A stretch of 62,559 nt of DNA, filler included, from Vannella sp. (Eukaryota): the NCBI GenBank assembly GCA_023345925.1. It is 6 parts of 6 records of this genome, joined end to end, with 100 filler letters (N's around TTAATTAATTAA, not from the genome) between each part and the next. Parts side by side here need not be neighbours in the genome. Positions count along the whole stretch, not along the records: positions 1 to 18,682 come from JAJQQN010000590.1; 5 more parts are not named here. One strand, written 5' to 3'. This document shows positions 1 through 11,667 of the stretch, one piece after another (the first letter of the stretch is position 1; each line of letters begins with the position of its first letter). The translations under genes were made by a program, and so were the position numbers. Below the pieces are notes generated by a model, which saw only the letters and a list, made by a program, of their open reading frames with translations, made no database searches and was not told the origin of the DNA.

Positions 1-1
1 C

Positions 2-1920
2 TCTTCTAGTGCAAGTCTCACTTACTCAGCAACGCCCTCTGCAAGTGGCAGTGATAGTGCGTCACATTCTCCTTCTTTAAGTGTTTCAGAGACACTCTCC
101 TCAAGTGTCAGTGATTCTGTCTCTCGCACCACCAGCGGGAGCTGTACTCTCTCAGCGACAGTATCTCCGAAAGAGAGTGCGAGTGGAAGCTTGTCAGCCT
201 CTCCCAGCGTAACCCCTTCATACTCAGCCACGCCCTCAAGTAGTCTCAGTGAGAGCGAATCCGTCTCGGCCACTGCAACAGCTTCTTGGTCTCCTTCTTC
301 CAGCGCGACTGATACAACGTCACCCTCCCTGAGTGAAAGTGAGAGCACGTCTCCTTCTGCGAGCTGGACCTCCACTTCTTCAGCAACACTCTCTTCGAGT
401 GGAAGCACATCAGCCTCTTCTTCTGCAAGCACGACCTCTTCATTCACAGCAACGCCCTCTGCAAGCAACAGAGAAAGTGAATCCGGCTCTCAATCGGCCA
501 CTGCAACGTCTTCTTTGTCTTCTTATTCCAGTGCAAGCGCCACTGATACAGCAATGGCTTCTCTGAGTGAGAGCGTGTCTCCTTCTTCCAGCGAGACCTC
601 CACTTCTTCACGGACACTCTCTTCAAGTGAGAGTGTGAGTAGAAGTGCATCAGTCTCTGTGAGCATCAGTGAGAGCGAATCCGGCTCTGGATCGGCCGCT
701 GCAACTGCTCCTCCGTCCTCTTCCTCCAGTGCGAGTGCCACCGACACAGCGACACCCTCTTTGAGTCTGAGTGTGAGTGAGAGTGTTTCTTCTTCTCCCA
801 GCTGGACCTCCACTTCTTCAGCTATAATCTCTTCAAAAGAGAGTGAAAGTGGAAGCGCATCAGTCTCTTCTGTAGCAACGATATCTCCGACTGGGAGCTC
901 ATCCGCCTCTTGTTCTGTGAGCGAGACCCTTTCATTCACAGCAACGACCTCTACAAGTGGCAGTGGAAGCAGGTCGAGTTCTCCTTCTCCAAGTGCTCCA
1001 GAGACACTCTCCTCAAGTGTTAGTGAAACTGTGACTCCTTCTCCCAGTGCAAGCACCACTGATACAGCAAAGCCCTCTCAAAGTGCAAGTGGGTCTCTTT
1101 CTCCCATAGGGACCGTCACTACTTCAGCGACACTCTCTCCAAAAGATAGTGCGAGTGGAAGTACATCAGCCTCTTCTTCTGCTTCTATCAGTGCGACCCC
1201 TTCAATCTCTGCAACACCCTCTGCAAGCGGCAGTGGAAACGAATCTGGCTCTGGATTGGGCAATGGAACGGCTTCTCCGTCTTCTTCTTCCAGTGCAAGC
1301 GCCTCCGAAACAGCGGTGCTCTCTTTGAGTGCAAGTGAGAGTTTGTCTACTTATGCTAGCCGGACCTCCTCTATCTCAGCCACACTCACTGAAAGCTTAT
1401 CAGCCTCTTCTTCTGCAAGTACGACCCCTTCATTGGCAGCAACGCCAGGTGGAAGTGCCAGTGAAAGTACATCAAATTCTTTGTTTTTTAGTGCTTCAAG
1501 TGTGAGTGTGTCTTATTCTAATTCTCCCAGCGGGACCTCTACTTCTTCAGCAGCGCTCTCATCAAGAGAGAGTGCGAGTGGAAGCGTATCAGCCTCTCCT
1601 TCCATCCTTTCATTCTCAATAACAACTCCTGGGAGCGGCAGTGAGTCGGCCACTGCAACAGCCCTTCAGTCTTCTTCTTCCAGCATCTTTCTCACTAACA
1701 CAGGGAAGCCTTCTCTGAGTGAGAGTGAGAGTGAGAGTGTGTCTCCTTCTCCCAGCTGGAGCTTCACTTTTTCAGCAACCCCATCTATAAGAGAGAGTGC
1801 GAGTGGAAGCACTTCAGTCTCTTCTACTGCTACCACGACCCTTTCTCACTCAACGGTGCCCATCAAAAGTGGCAGTGAGAGTGGATCCGGCTCGGAATCG
1901 GCCACCTCTTCAAGCACCCA
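2..1920 (+). repeat. Degenerate internal coding repeats of the Ser/Thr stalk
   Basis: Recurrent blocks such as tggacctccacttcttcagc (near 365 and 803), gagcgaatccg and gagagtgcgagtggaag, giving peptide units like SLSESES..SPS.SWTSTSSATLS. Confidence 0.7.
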
Positions 1921-2962
1921 ATTCGTGGTTTCTCCATTACCCTCTTCAAGCGGCAATGGAAGCGGAACAGCCGTAGGGTCACCAACAGCTACTGCTTCTC
2001 CGTCTGATTTTCTCAGTAAGGGTCTGACTGTTTCATCAGCACCCTCTTTGCGCCCTGAGAATGGAACAGGCACTGAATCAGCCGCACCCCCTTCGTTTTC
2101 CAGTGCAAGTCCTAATTCACCGGGCAGCGGTGGGAGTAGAACAGGCTCATCTTCTCTCAGTGAAAGAACAATCAACTCAGGAACACCTTCATCAATCGGC
2201 ATAGAAAGCACAGCGGGGTCACCATCGAGCAGAGCATCTACCACTGTGCTGCCCCCCTCTAGCAGTCCTTCCTTGCTTACTATCCTTATCTTCCCTTCCA
2301 ATATCACCTCCAACAATCTTGTGGAGCTACCAGGCTTTTTTGTTGAGAGTGAAGTAGTAGGAGCTCTCTTTGTCCCTCCGAACTTGATCAACCAACCCAA
2401 CACTACTTTGGTCGCTTCTTACTCCCCTGGCGCCATCAGCAACCTCAACCAGCAAGTGGCCAGCACTGTCCTGAACATCACTCTTTTGGACAGCAAGAAT
2501 AACTCCATCACCCAATTGGACTCGCCGCTGACCATCTGTTTGGCCCTCATCAACAAAACAAAGAAGGGAGAGAAGAAATGTCTGGGCTATTACGACGAGA
2601 ACAAAAACAAATGGAGATGCGAAGACAAGTGCCTCACAAACATCCACACCAAAGGTGACACAGCCATAGAAAGGCAAAAGGGCTACATTCTGTGCGGCCA
2701 AACAAGCCATCTCACTAATTTCGCTCTTCTGTTTGACGGAACAGGAAAAGGAGAGGATCCCTGCCAATCTAACAGTAGAGACAACACTCTTTCGTGGCTT
2801 TCCTTGGGATTGATAATAGGAGCTATCCTGGTGGTCGCCCTTTCGGGATTGCTAATAGAAGTGTACTACCGGTGGAAGGCGCATCGCAGAAATAAGTTAA
2901 TTGGTAAGACCTCTCTTCTTCTGTTGCCAGATTCAATTCCAAGCACTAACTACCTTGGGTAG
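2..2962 (+). CDS. Ser/Thr-rich (mucin-like) single-pass surface protein with GAIN/GPS autoproteolysis motif; 5'-truncated
   Basis: Frame open from base 2. Long Ser/Thr/Ala repeat region, then CLGYYDENKNKWRC...LCGQTSHLTNFALL (GPS consensus), one hydrophobic TM (LSWLSLGLIIGAILVVALSGLLI) and a basic cytoplasmic tail. Confidence 0.8.
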   Translation, partial: SSSASLTYSATPSASGSDSASHSPSLSVSETLSSSVSDSVSRTTSGSCTLSATVSPKESASGSLSASPSVTPSYSATPSSSLSESESVSATATASWSPSSSATDTTSPSLSESESTSPSASWTSTSSATLSSSGSTSASSSASTTSSFTATPSASNRESESGSQSATATSSLSSYSSASATDTAMASLSESVSPSSSETSTSSRTLSSSESVSRSASVSVSISESESGSGSAAATAPPSSSSSASATDTATPSLSLSVSESVSSSPSWTSTSSAIISSKESESGSASVSSVATISPTGSSSASCSVSETLSFTATTSTSGSGSRSSSPSPSAPETLSSSVSETVTPSPSASTTDTAKPSQSASGSLSPIGTVTTSATLSPKDSASGSTSASSSASISATPSISATPSASGSGNESGSGLGNGTASPSSSSSASASETAVLSLSASESLSTYASRTSSISATLTESLSASSSASTTPSLAATPGGSASESTSNSLFFSASSVSVSYSNSPSGTSTSSAALSSRESASGSVSASPSILSFSITTPGSGSESATATALQSSSSSIFLTNTGKPSLSESESESVSPSPSWSFTFSATPSIRESASGSTSVSSTATTTLSHSTVPIKSGSESGSGSESATSSSTQFVVSPLPSSSGNGSGTAVGSPTATASPSDFLSKGLTVSSAPSLRPENGTGTESAAPPSFSSASPNSPGSGGSRTGSSSLSERTINSGTPSSIGIESTAGSPSSRASTTVLPPSSSPSLLTILIFPSNITSNNLVELPGFFVESEVVGALFVPPNLINQPNTTLVASYSPGAISNLNQQVASTVLNITLLDSKNNSITQLDSPLTICLALINKTKKGEKKCLGYYDENKNKWRCEDKCLTNIHTKGDTAIERQKGYILCGQTSHLTNFALLFDGTGKGEDPCQSNSRDNTLSWLSLGLIIGAILVVALSGLLIEVYYRWKAHRRNKLIGKTSLLLLPDSIPSTNYLG

Positions 2963-3434
2963 AAACCGCCATTTATCTGAATAATCCTATCCCAGTCCTC
3001 TAGCTCATTCAATTTGGCTTGCGGGAGAGAATCTGCGAGGATGAGCGACCAGGCGCTTCACTGTTCAGTAAAATTGCAATTCAACATACTTTTGATGATC
3101 AGTCGTTCGGCCATTCTCGAGCAGGTATGTGGACATGTAATAAAATGAGAGATACCGTCAGAGGATAGGAATCATTAGAAGGCATTGAACTCACCAGCAC
3201 CATGGTTCTTGACACGAAGGAATTGATGACCGACACATACCTTGTACAGACAACTGATGCTTAACAAAGGTTTGGAGAAAATCAACACAATTCATGCGGC
3301 CATTTCGGTCTCAAAGAAGTATAAAGAGCCATCTTCTTCGATATTACGCGTCCAGTTTGGGGTTTTGGGGTGATTATTGAGCAATAAAAACATCGTTTGG
3401 AGGGATGATCAAATGAGCCCAACAAGTGGATAGA

Positions 3435-3541
3435 TCAAAACACATAAAAAGTTCATTGGTAAAGGTCCCGATCGAATTTAGAGATACTTTTCAACCAGGG
3501 CCAGGGGACGTGGTTGATCTGGGCCGTGAACTTTCTCTTCG
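3435..3541 (-). repeat. Dispersed ~100-bp non-coding element, copy A
   Basis: Reverse complement caaccacgtcccctggcc...aaaagtatctctaaattcgatcgggaccttt...tttttatgtgtttt matches 31897-31996. Confidence 0.65.
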
Positions 3542-3977
3542 TACATGCTGTGGAGTGGTTGTGGTGTAGCTAAATGCAATGAGACACCTCCAAGGACGTC
3601 GACACTACGAGGGAGGGTCGTCTTTTGGCCTCCAACTCGCCGATCTGCGACGAAGGGGGATTCTCACCTCTGATCATCACCCATCTTCACTTTTGTGCTG
3701 GTCCAAGCATCATTGAATGGGTTGACAACACTGCTGGATGAATCAGGCGCTTCTCTTTCTTAAGTCAGAGAGAATCGTTGCACCAACCGAACGAAACACC
3801 GGTTATTCTTCTCCCTCTGCTCGAATCTCTTCAAATCCATATCACCGAGGAAGTTCAAGGTGCTTTAAATGCTACTGCCCTTGGAATTGTGAGGCACAAG
3901 TTCAACCTAGGAGGATATTCATGAGCGCCCATTCAGGAAGTATCCAATTCCACCAAAAGACTGCACTTCTTCCTGAT

Positions 3978-6431
3978 TTATTGAGGGGAGGGTGAGGAGG
4001 TCACTTCGTTTGATTTAATCTTCTTCTTGGACGAGATTCTCTTCAAAGCGGTCGAGTCTTTGGTGGATTTCTCTTCCTTTTCAGTAGAACTGGCTTCTGG
4101 ACCAGTTGTTGTGTCAACCTCTCCTACTTCAGCATCTTTGCCCTTCCTGGGCGACACCGGGGGCGCAGATTCTTCGCCCTCACGAGGAGTTCCTTTGAGA
4201 GATTTTGAGGAAGAGCTACGGTTGTAACCAGAAGGATCAAGAGAGGGAAGGATCTTGTAGATGAGGCGGCGCTTCGGCTTCTTTTCCACGGGAGCATTGC
4301 TGTTCACAAGGCCTTCCAGGCGTTCAATCTCAATCTTGAGAGACTCCTGTTCTATTTGTGCCATGCAAACCTCGGTTGTGAGAGCAGAGTTCTTGGCTGA
4401 CATGTCCTTTAACTTCTTATTCATCCCATCCATCACTTTCTTGGCACCATCCAGGCGTTTGTTGGCGGTTTGAAGGTCTCTTTGAGTTTCCTCTCCTTCG
4501 CGGATTAGCTTTGACATCTCTGCCATGGCTTCTTGAATCTGGTCGCCCATGGTAGAGCGCATATTCTGACGTGCTTCGCTCAACCAACGGTTCAGTTCCA
4601 ACGCACGGTCGCGTGCTTTCTTGGCTTGCTGCTCTGTGACGTTCAGCTTGGCCATCAGATTTTCATTCTCTACTGCCATTTGAGCCAGTTTCTCTTTCAG
4701 TTCATTCTGCTGCTTCTCATCGGGTGTCAGGAACTCGAACTCTCCGAACAACGCTGCTCTCTCCTTGAGGGATGCGGGAAGCACTTGAAGGATATCTATA
4801 GGTGCACCCACTTCCTTCACCTCGAAGCTACCCAGAGACTGAGTAACCATGCTCTCTTGAGACGCGTCATCAAAGTCCTCTTCTTGGAGGGCCGCTGTCC
4901 ACAAGCTCGTGGTGGTCAGCACCTCTCCACTCCGTGCAGCAGAAACCAAACGACCAACAACTCGCGCAGCAGGGCCAGAGTAGGCTCCGTCAAGGAAGGC
5001 GCAAGTGCCTGTGTGCAGACCAATGCTGACGGGAAGGCCTCGTTGGAGAGGCTCTTTCCCTTCCACCAGGAAGTCAGGCCACTCTCTCTCGTGGAGCAGT
5101 TGCGACACTTTGGTAGAGAACATCAGAGCAGCAGACGCCTCGGTAAAGGCGAAGGTCATTCGCTCACTCACCACTTGGGCCTCAAACGCGAGGGCGGACT
5201 TGCCCACCTCGCGAGTGCAAGCTTGATAGGTCTGTAGAGCAACTGCCATGGAGTTGGGGTCGGCTTCCCAAAGGTTCTCAGCGTTGGGAACGTCCAAGAC
5301 GACGAGGGAGACTGCGGAGCCCATCGGGGCAGGGACACTGTTGGAGGCAGCCTTTTGGTTCATGAAGGGGAGCTTCAGAAGGAGTTCTTCAATCTGCTTG
5401 CTGTTAGCCTCGTTGGCTTCCTTCTGAGCCTGCAACTCTGCGTGCAAAGTGGTCGTGTTGGCAACCACTGCCGTGACCTCCTCTTGACTGCGAGCCACCA
5501 TCTCGTCACGTAAGCGTAGCTGCTCTTCGAGGTAGGCAATGGTCTTCTCTAGCTCGGGGACCCGTTCGTCTTCCAGGTAGGCAATGGTCTTCTCTAGCTT
5601 GGGGACGCGTTCGTCTTGAATGTAGACGATAACTGGCTCTGGCTCAGGCACTGGCTCTGGCTCTGGTGGAGGAGCGTCCTTGTATTTGTTGTAGAAGAAG
5701 GACAGGTAGGTGAGGTTGGACCTCTCATCAAGGAAGCCATCAATCGCATCTTGAGGGGCGATGATTTCGCGGATGCCCAGCTCTTTGTCTGCCACTTCAA
5801 AGGCGAATCCAAGGCGGGAAAGAGAGTCCTCGCTACTCTCTCCTTCAGCAATATCCGCGGTGGAGCCGCTTAGGTGCTTGACCAGAGAACAGAAGAGCCG
5901 TCCGTCCTTCCATTGAGAGTCGAAGTTACTGACGGTCACACTGAGGAGCGTTTGAAGCCACTCTTGGATCTCTGCCTTCTTACCCACTTGGAACTTGAGA
6001 ACGAGCAGCCAGATGAGGCCCATCAACATCGTTTCGTCTTTGTTGTAGACGTTCTCTGCTGACAAGCTGAGGCGCAGTTTCTGTTGCTCAGCGAAGTTGA
6101 GTACTTCTGTGATAGTACCCACGACCTGGAGCTTGTTTGTGGACTTGGAGAGCTGAAGGAGAGGGTCAGCTTTGCACATGAAGGGAGTTCTCTCTCCATA
6201 GTGTGCTTAGGCTTACCTTGATGGAAGATTTAACGCCTGTAAGACTCTCAAACAACCGAAGGAGGAGATGACCGTCCTGGAAAGAGTCCGCAAAGTTGTC
6301 TTCACGGAGGTCAAAGTCCGTTGCATCGCCTAGGTTGATCATCACCCATTTGCTGAACACCTGTCCAAGTCAGGTATCACAACTAAGACCAAGATGTTAC
6401 TTACTCGCTTTTGCGCAGCGGCGGCGCTCAT
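3978..6431 (-). CDS. Tandem calponin-homology actin-binding domain + degenerate class III nucleotidyl-cyclase domain + coiled coil (3 exons)
   Basis: Spliced MSAAAAQKR|VFSKWV..DGHLLLRLFESL (CH1; intron 6361-6404 and a second at ~6157-6218). CH2 WKDGRLFCSLV..DERSNLTYLS. Cyclase-like LVVLDVPNAENLWEADP..IGLHTG..YSGPAA. Confidence 0.8.
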
Positions 6432-6536
6432 GAGGACGGTGAACGAGGAAAATGACCCAATGATGGATATCTCTCTCGGCAAATCGAGATTTATTCCTTG
6501 AAATCGAGATCTGATCGTGCCTGTTTGTGTCAAAGA

Positions 6537-9500
6537 TTAAGACCAAATGCAGAGGCTTTTGTCAACACTTGCGCTCCAAACGATTCGGTCCCATACAATG
6601 ATCATGGTGGTAATGAGATCGGTGTGGGGCTCTCCGATGGTCCGGGAAAGGGTTTGGTTGGAGATGTTGTAAATTGCGATTGTCCCTTTCTCTGTCCCAC
6701 ACCACATCGATGGGCCAACGTGTACCAAGGAGGTGCCATTAAATGGAATCTGAATAGTACGCACACAATGTAGCGTCTAAGTCAAGTGAGAAAAGGAGAT
6801 AATGGGTGTGGGGGGGCAAACGCACTTCAGTGTCCCACACTCGGATGGTTTGGTCTGCAGAACTGGACCAAAGACGATCTTCAAGGATACAAATAGCATT
6901 CACTTTAGCTGTATGGCCAATCAAATGCCCACAGGGGCTCAAATCATTCTAGAAACTCAATGAGAACTTTTCCGAGCGAGGAAACGGATGACTTACCACA
7001 GAGTAGCGTAGGATGAAGTTATGAACGACTACCCACAAGTAATCGCCACTTGATTGAAGCAACGAGATAACTTGGAGTTCACTAGGGAGCTTGTCAGGAG
7101 AATCCCCTCTTTGGTGGCCCACTTGAAGTCGACTGCTGTTGGTCAGGCGGGAAGCGTTGACTTCAAGTGTTAGTTCAATTGTCTCCTGTTTTTGCTCTTA
7201 CCAGAAACCTGGGCAAAGGAGGGAGATGACGGGACTTCGATTTTCGTCGAGGAGAGCTTTCTGACGGGAGTCCAAGTTTCATCAAAGCGGGCGGGATACT
7301 CTTCAATGAATTGAAAGGTATTGGCATCATACGAGCGGATAATTAGCTCAGTGATACCGACAAAAACTCTGCCTTTGATGTGACAAAGAGAGTGAATTTG
7401 ATTTTTCCTCTTCCTTGGAGGAATCTGCCCAACGGAGAGGTCCTTTGGCTCTCATAAGTATCGCACAACACAATATACTTGCGTAAGGTTGCTTACCTGT
7501 GTTTGCTCAGAGAGGTTCTGGGTTGCGTAGTTAATTGCCTGGACCCATTCGTCTCGATCCTTAGAATCAGCGCAGAAGTATTTGTGGGGAATGCCATCCG
7601 AAGACGTCACCACAAATCCCGTTTTGTTGCCTTCGATTGGAGTCGTCCGTGAAGAGACCAGCGAGACACCATCAATCAGCTCTTTACAGCCATCTTTCAT
7701 GACCACAAACATGGCTGGCCGCCCATCACCAGGATCCAAATAGCCTTCCTTCACTGACTGAGAAGATGCAGCAGAAGGCTGGGTGCTTCTGGAGCGCCAA
7801 ATTCGTATCATTCCGTCGGTTGAGCCAGTCCAAACCCGGGAATCGACAGTAATCATGGTTTGGATGTCCCGCGAATGAGCAGCGACCAAAGTACGGAAGT
7901 GTTTTCCACTCTCTGAGTTCCAAATGGAGATATCTCCGTTCTTATGAGCCACCCAGATATCATTCCCAGCCATTACTATGCAACTAGCGCTCTCTGGTGG
8001 ATCAGTTTGTACCCGTTTAAGCAGCCTGCCATCTAAGTTTGCTGTTGTAGCACCACAGATTGCATCTTTCTGCTTGGCGGCGTCTCGTATGTTTTGTTCA
8101 ACCGCCTTGTATCGCGGAATAAGCTCCTTATACAACCAGCGCTTGGTTTCCTGAGCGATTGTCACAATAGCCAACATAATCTCGAGGAAGTCTGGTCTCA
8201 TAAGAGGATCAGTATCCCAACAAGAGCGTATTAAATGGGCCACATTCGGCTTGGTTGCTTCGATAGAGGAAAGGTCAGAACGCTTGCCAGAGATGATTTC
8301 GTCCTCCAATTGGTTGAGGAACCGGAAATCAAAGTTCTCGAAAGGCATTTTGCCCTCAACCATTTCATACAAAATAATACCAAATGCATAAACATCTGAC
8401 TTTGCTGTGTAGCGCCCACTGCCTAGAATCTCTGGTGCAAGCCAGATAGGAGTTTCTACAGCGCGTTCTACTAGCGTTGGGAAGTATTGGCGAGTAGAGA
8501 GTCCGAAATCAGCAAGTTGGGCGACATATTTGGACTGATTTGGGCTGGAAGATAAGAGGATATTGGGTGGCTTCAGATCTCTGTGGAGTATCGGAACTGG
8601 CAATGTGTGCAGGAAATGGAGCCCCTGAGCGATATCAAAGGCAATCTTGAGGTAGAGAGCAGAGGATAATCTCTTGTTTCTTTCTCTGATAAGCGTGTGC
8701 AAATCACCTGAATCTACCAGGTTCATTACCATTCCAATCTGTCCCTCACCAAAGCAGAATCCCTTTAGCTGAACCACATTCTCATTGAGTAATCCTGCCA
8801 TAAAGGAGACCTCGCGCCGGAATTCGCGGAACACGCTGATGCACTCCGTTTCTGTCAGTCCATCTGTCCGGAGCAGCTTAACAGCAACTGGTGATCCCTT
8901 GTGGATACCTCGATACAGTACTCCATAAGCTCCTTCAGCCAGTTTCTCCTTTTCCATTTCAATCTCCTGAAGAGGGATGCGGTACTTGCTATGCTGCTTG
9001 AGAGCCAAATCAGGAGCCAGTTCTCCAATGGCAACCGCCTGGCGAGCGCATTGGATGGTGCTGGCTCCAGCAAGCAAAGCAGTCTCACATTCTTCTATGG
9101 AAAACTCAGAAATGAGCAGTTCACTAGGACCTTGCCCCAAACAGTGATTACACCGAACCAAGACTTTGAATTCAGCTTCCGGATAGAAATTAGAGAGCAG
9201 TTGCTCGACAACGTCAATCAGCAAGCTCAAGAGTGGCGTGTCATCGTTTGCCGACCTCACAGAAACGCGCAAGGTCTGTGACTCAGTTAGTTCTTCTATC
9301 AATGCCCAGTCCATTTGCAAAGAAGCAACACAGCCATACTGCCACACTGAATGAGCCGTAATGAGCTTCATGACACCTACACCCATACATTGAATAAGAT
9401 AAAAGATCTTCTGAGAAGGGTACATACGAGTGATAAGGTGGTGGGTCAATCCAATGGGGAGGAACTCAAATCTCCAGGTTCGGTCATACTGGCGACGGGA

Positions 9501-11614
9501 GAGGTCTTTTGCAACCCAAATCAGTTGGTGGTCTGGCCGAGGTCGGGGTAGCATAGAGGGCACAATGTCCATTCCTTCATTAGCTTGGAACGCCACTTTT
9601 AAGTGCCTCATAAGCGCAAGGCATTTAGCATGAACTTCCACTGGATAAAGAGGAGGCTTCCATAACTTGTCGAACAGAGAGTGGCTCAATATTCCATTCC
9701 GGCCAAGATCGAGCGTTGACATTGTGTCTGACTGAGAATAGGATGAGCGAGTCAGTTAAAAAAGAGCGGGCGCGAACTTACCAGCATCTTACAGATCCAC
9801 TGAGGATCTAAGACCAAGATTGGGTCTCTCCGCAAACCTTCCTCGTTCTCACAGAAAGGAACAACAATTCCCAAATCCATGAAGAAGTTGAGGGCCCCTC
9901 GCAACGTGGAATCCGTATGAATATGAGACGTGGCTGCAACTGAGGTGAAGTCGGCCCAGGACAGTAAAGGTGGCTTCTGTCTCGTCTCGCGATTTGCGCG
10001 GATGATGTCCAACTCCGCTTCAAGTAAAGCGTATGGTTTCGGAATGATTCGACTGACATGCTTCTGCGTTTGAGCAGATTCTACCAATGAATGGCGGAGC
10101 TCGTCAATGCCACTACCGTCCGTCGAGCTAATGGCGGCAATGAGCTTGACAATTGGGTAACGGGCAGAGTAGAGTTGAACAATGCTGTTCAAAGCTGCAT
10201 TCATGCTACCCTCCTCCTTGTACTGTTTATCGTCAGCGTGAGTGGCGACGATAAACACTGAAGTGTGCGGCCCAGCACCTGTTCGGATGGATTGCAGCCA
10301 AAACTCCAAACTGGGGACGGAGGTTGGATCTGACAGGTCGATGGTAACAATGAACAAACTACGAGGAGTAACAAACACCTGATGGATCGTTTTGGCAAAG
10401 GGCCCGCAAAAGTCCCACGTGGAGAAAGTCACAGTATTCTCTCCTTCTGGAAGTAACTTGCTCTTGATGTGGAGCTCTCTGACGTCCACCCTATCATATT
10501 GTAAAGGGACTGTCTCGCTTGCTGAGGTCTTAAGAGGGCGGTTCTCCTTCTTGCCAGGCCTCAGTCTCCGGATTAAAGAAGTTTTCCCTGAACCGCTATT
10601 TCCCAATACCAGGAGCCGGATGCGATTGCACGGCCGACTTTCGTCTGCTAAGGATGAAATGAACTTCTTGATAGCAGCTAAGCCCTTGCTGACAACCTCA
10701 CGAGGAGGAATCAGCATGTTCTCTTCGTCAATAGCAAAGTCCTTCAAGTCATTCAAGTGGCGGAAAGAGAGCGGGATCTCCTGTAGCTTGTTACCTGCTA
10801 CTATCAATCTGGTAAGCTTTCTGAGCTTTCCAAGCTCTTCAGGAAGCTCTCGGAGGAGATTGTAGTCCAGGTAGAGCTTTAGGAGCAGGGGAAGGCTCTG
10901 CAAGCATCCCTCTGGTATCTCCTCGATACGGTTATCACCAAGGTCGAGCTCTGTGAGCTTGTTGATGAAGCTGAGTGCGGAGGGCCAAAGAGCGAGCTCA
11001 CAACCGCGCATATCGAGTCGTTTTAACTCTGTGAGGCCTTCCAGCATTGGGAACAGGTTCTCTCCTTTCACCAACAGCACATTGTACGAAAGAGAGAGCA
11101 GACTGATGGTTGGGAAGAGCTGTGGAAGGTGAGTGAGGTTAGGATTGTTCTCCACTCGCAGTTCCGCCAATTGCAGCTGCATGAACGAGTCAGGGAGGAA
11201 GCGAAGGTCGTTGTTACTCAGGTCCAAGATGCGTAGCTCCTTCAAGCTTCCTATCTCAGCGGGAACCGCCTTCAGGAAGTTGTTCGAGAGCTTGAGGTTC
11301 ATCAAACCCGCCAAACGACCGATAGAAGGCGAGATAAACAGAGGAGCACGTCCATTATGACAGAGCTTGAGTTCCTTCACTTGTGTTAAGGAGCCAATCT
11401 CAGAGGGGAGGAAGGTGAAGCTGTTATGGCTCAAATCCACGCGCTGGAGGATGGGAAGCTCCGAAAGAAGGCCAATCGTTGGAGGTAAGCACTCCAGCCC
11501 GAACCAATCCAAGTTGAGACTCTTCCCGCGTATCCGTAAGCACTCTTCGATCTCGTTCTGCGCTCGGCTGAAGGAAGTCTCCAAAGGGACAAGGTCGACC
11601 ATTCCCCAGTCCAT
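6537..11614 (-). CDS. Roco-family kinase: LRR-Roc-COR-kinase-WD40 with inserted PH-like domain (multi-exon)
   Basis: LRRs; P-loop GNSGSGKTS; WDFCG; COR (LDPQWICK, FEFLPIGL); kinase EGAYG/VAVK/HRDLKPPN/DFG/WLAPE; WD repeats ending WSASVDKSLCIWS*. Start codon uncertain. Confidence 0.9.
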
Positions 11615-11667
11615 TCCCTTCCCCCTCGCTCCAATAGAATGACCCAATGTTCTACAGGTGCCATCGT

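Noticed and set aside
22..2403. Acidic Glu/Val/Leu-rich minus-strand ORFs
   Set aside because: Antisense shadows of the Ser/Thr codon repeats of the + strand gene.
3292..3393. 33-aa minus-strand ORF with half a WW-like motif (PNWTRNIEEDGSLYFF)
   Set aside because: Lacks the second Trp/Pro and is too short to support.
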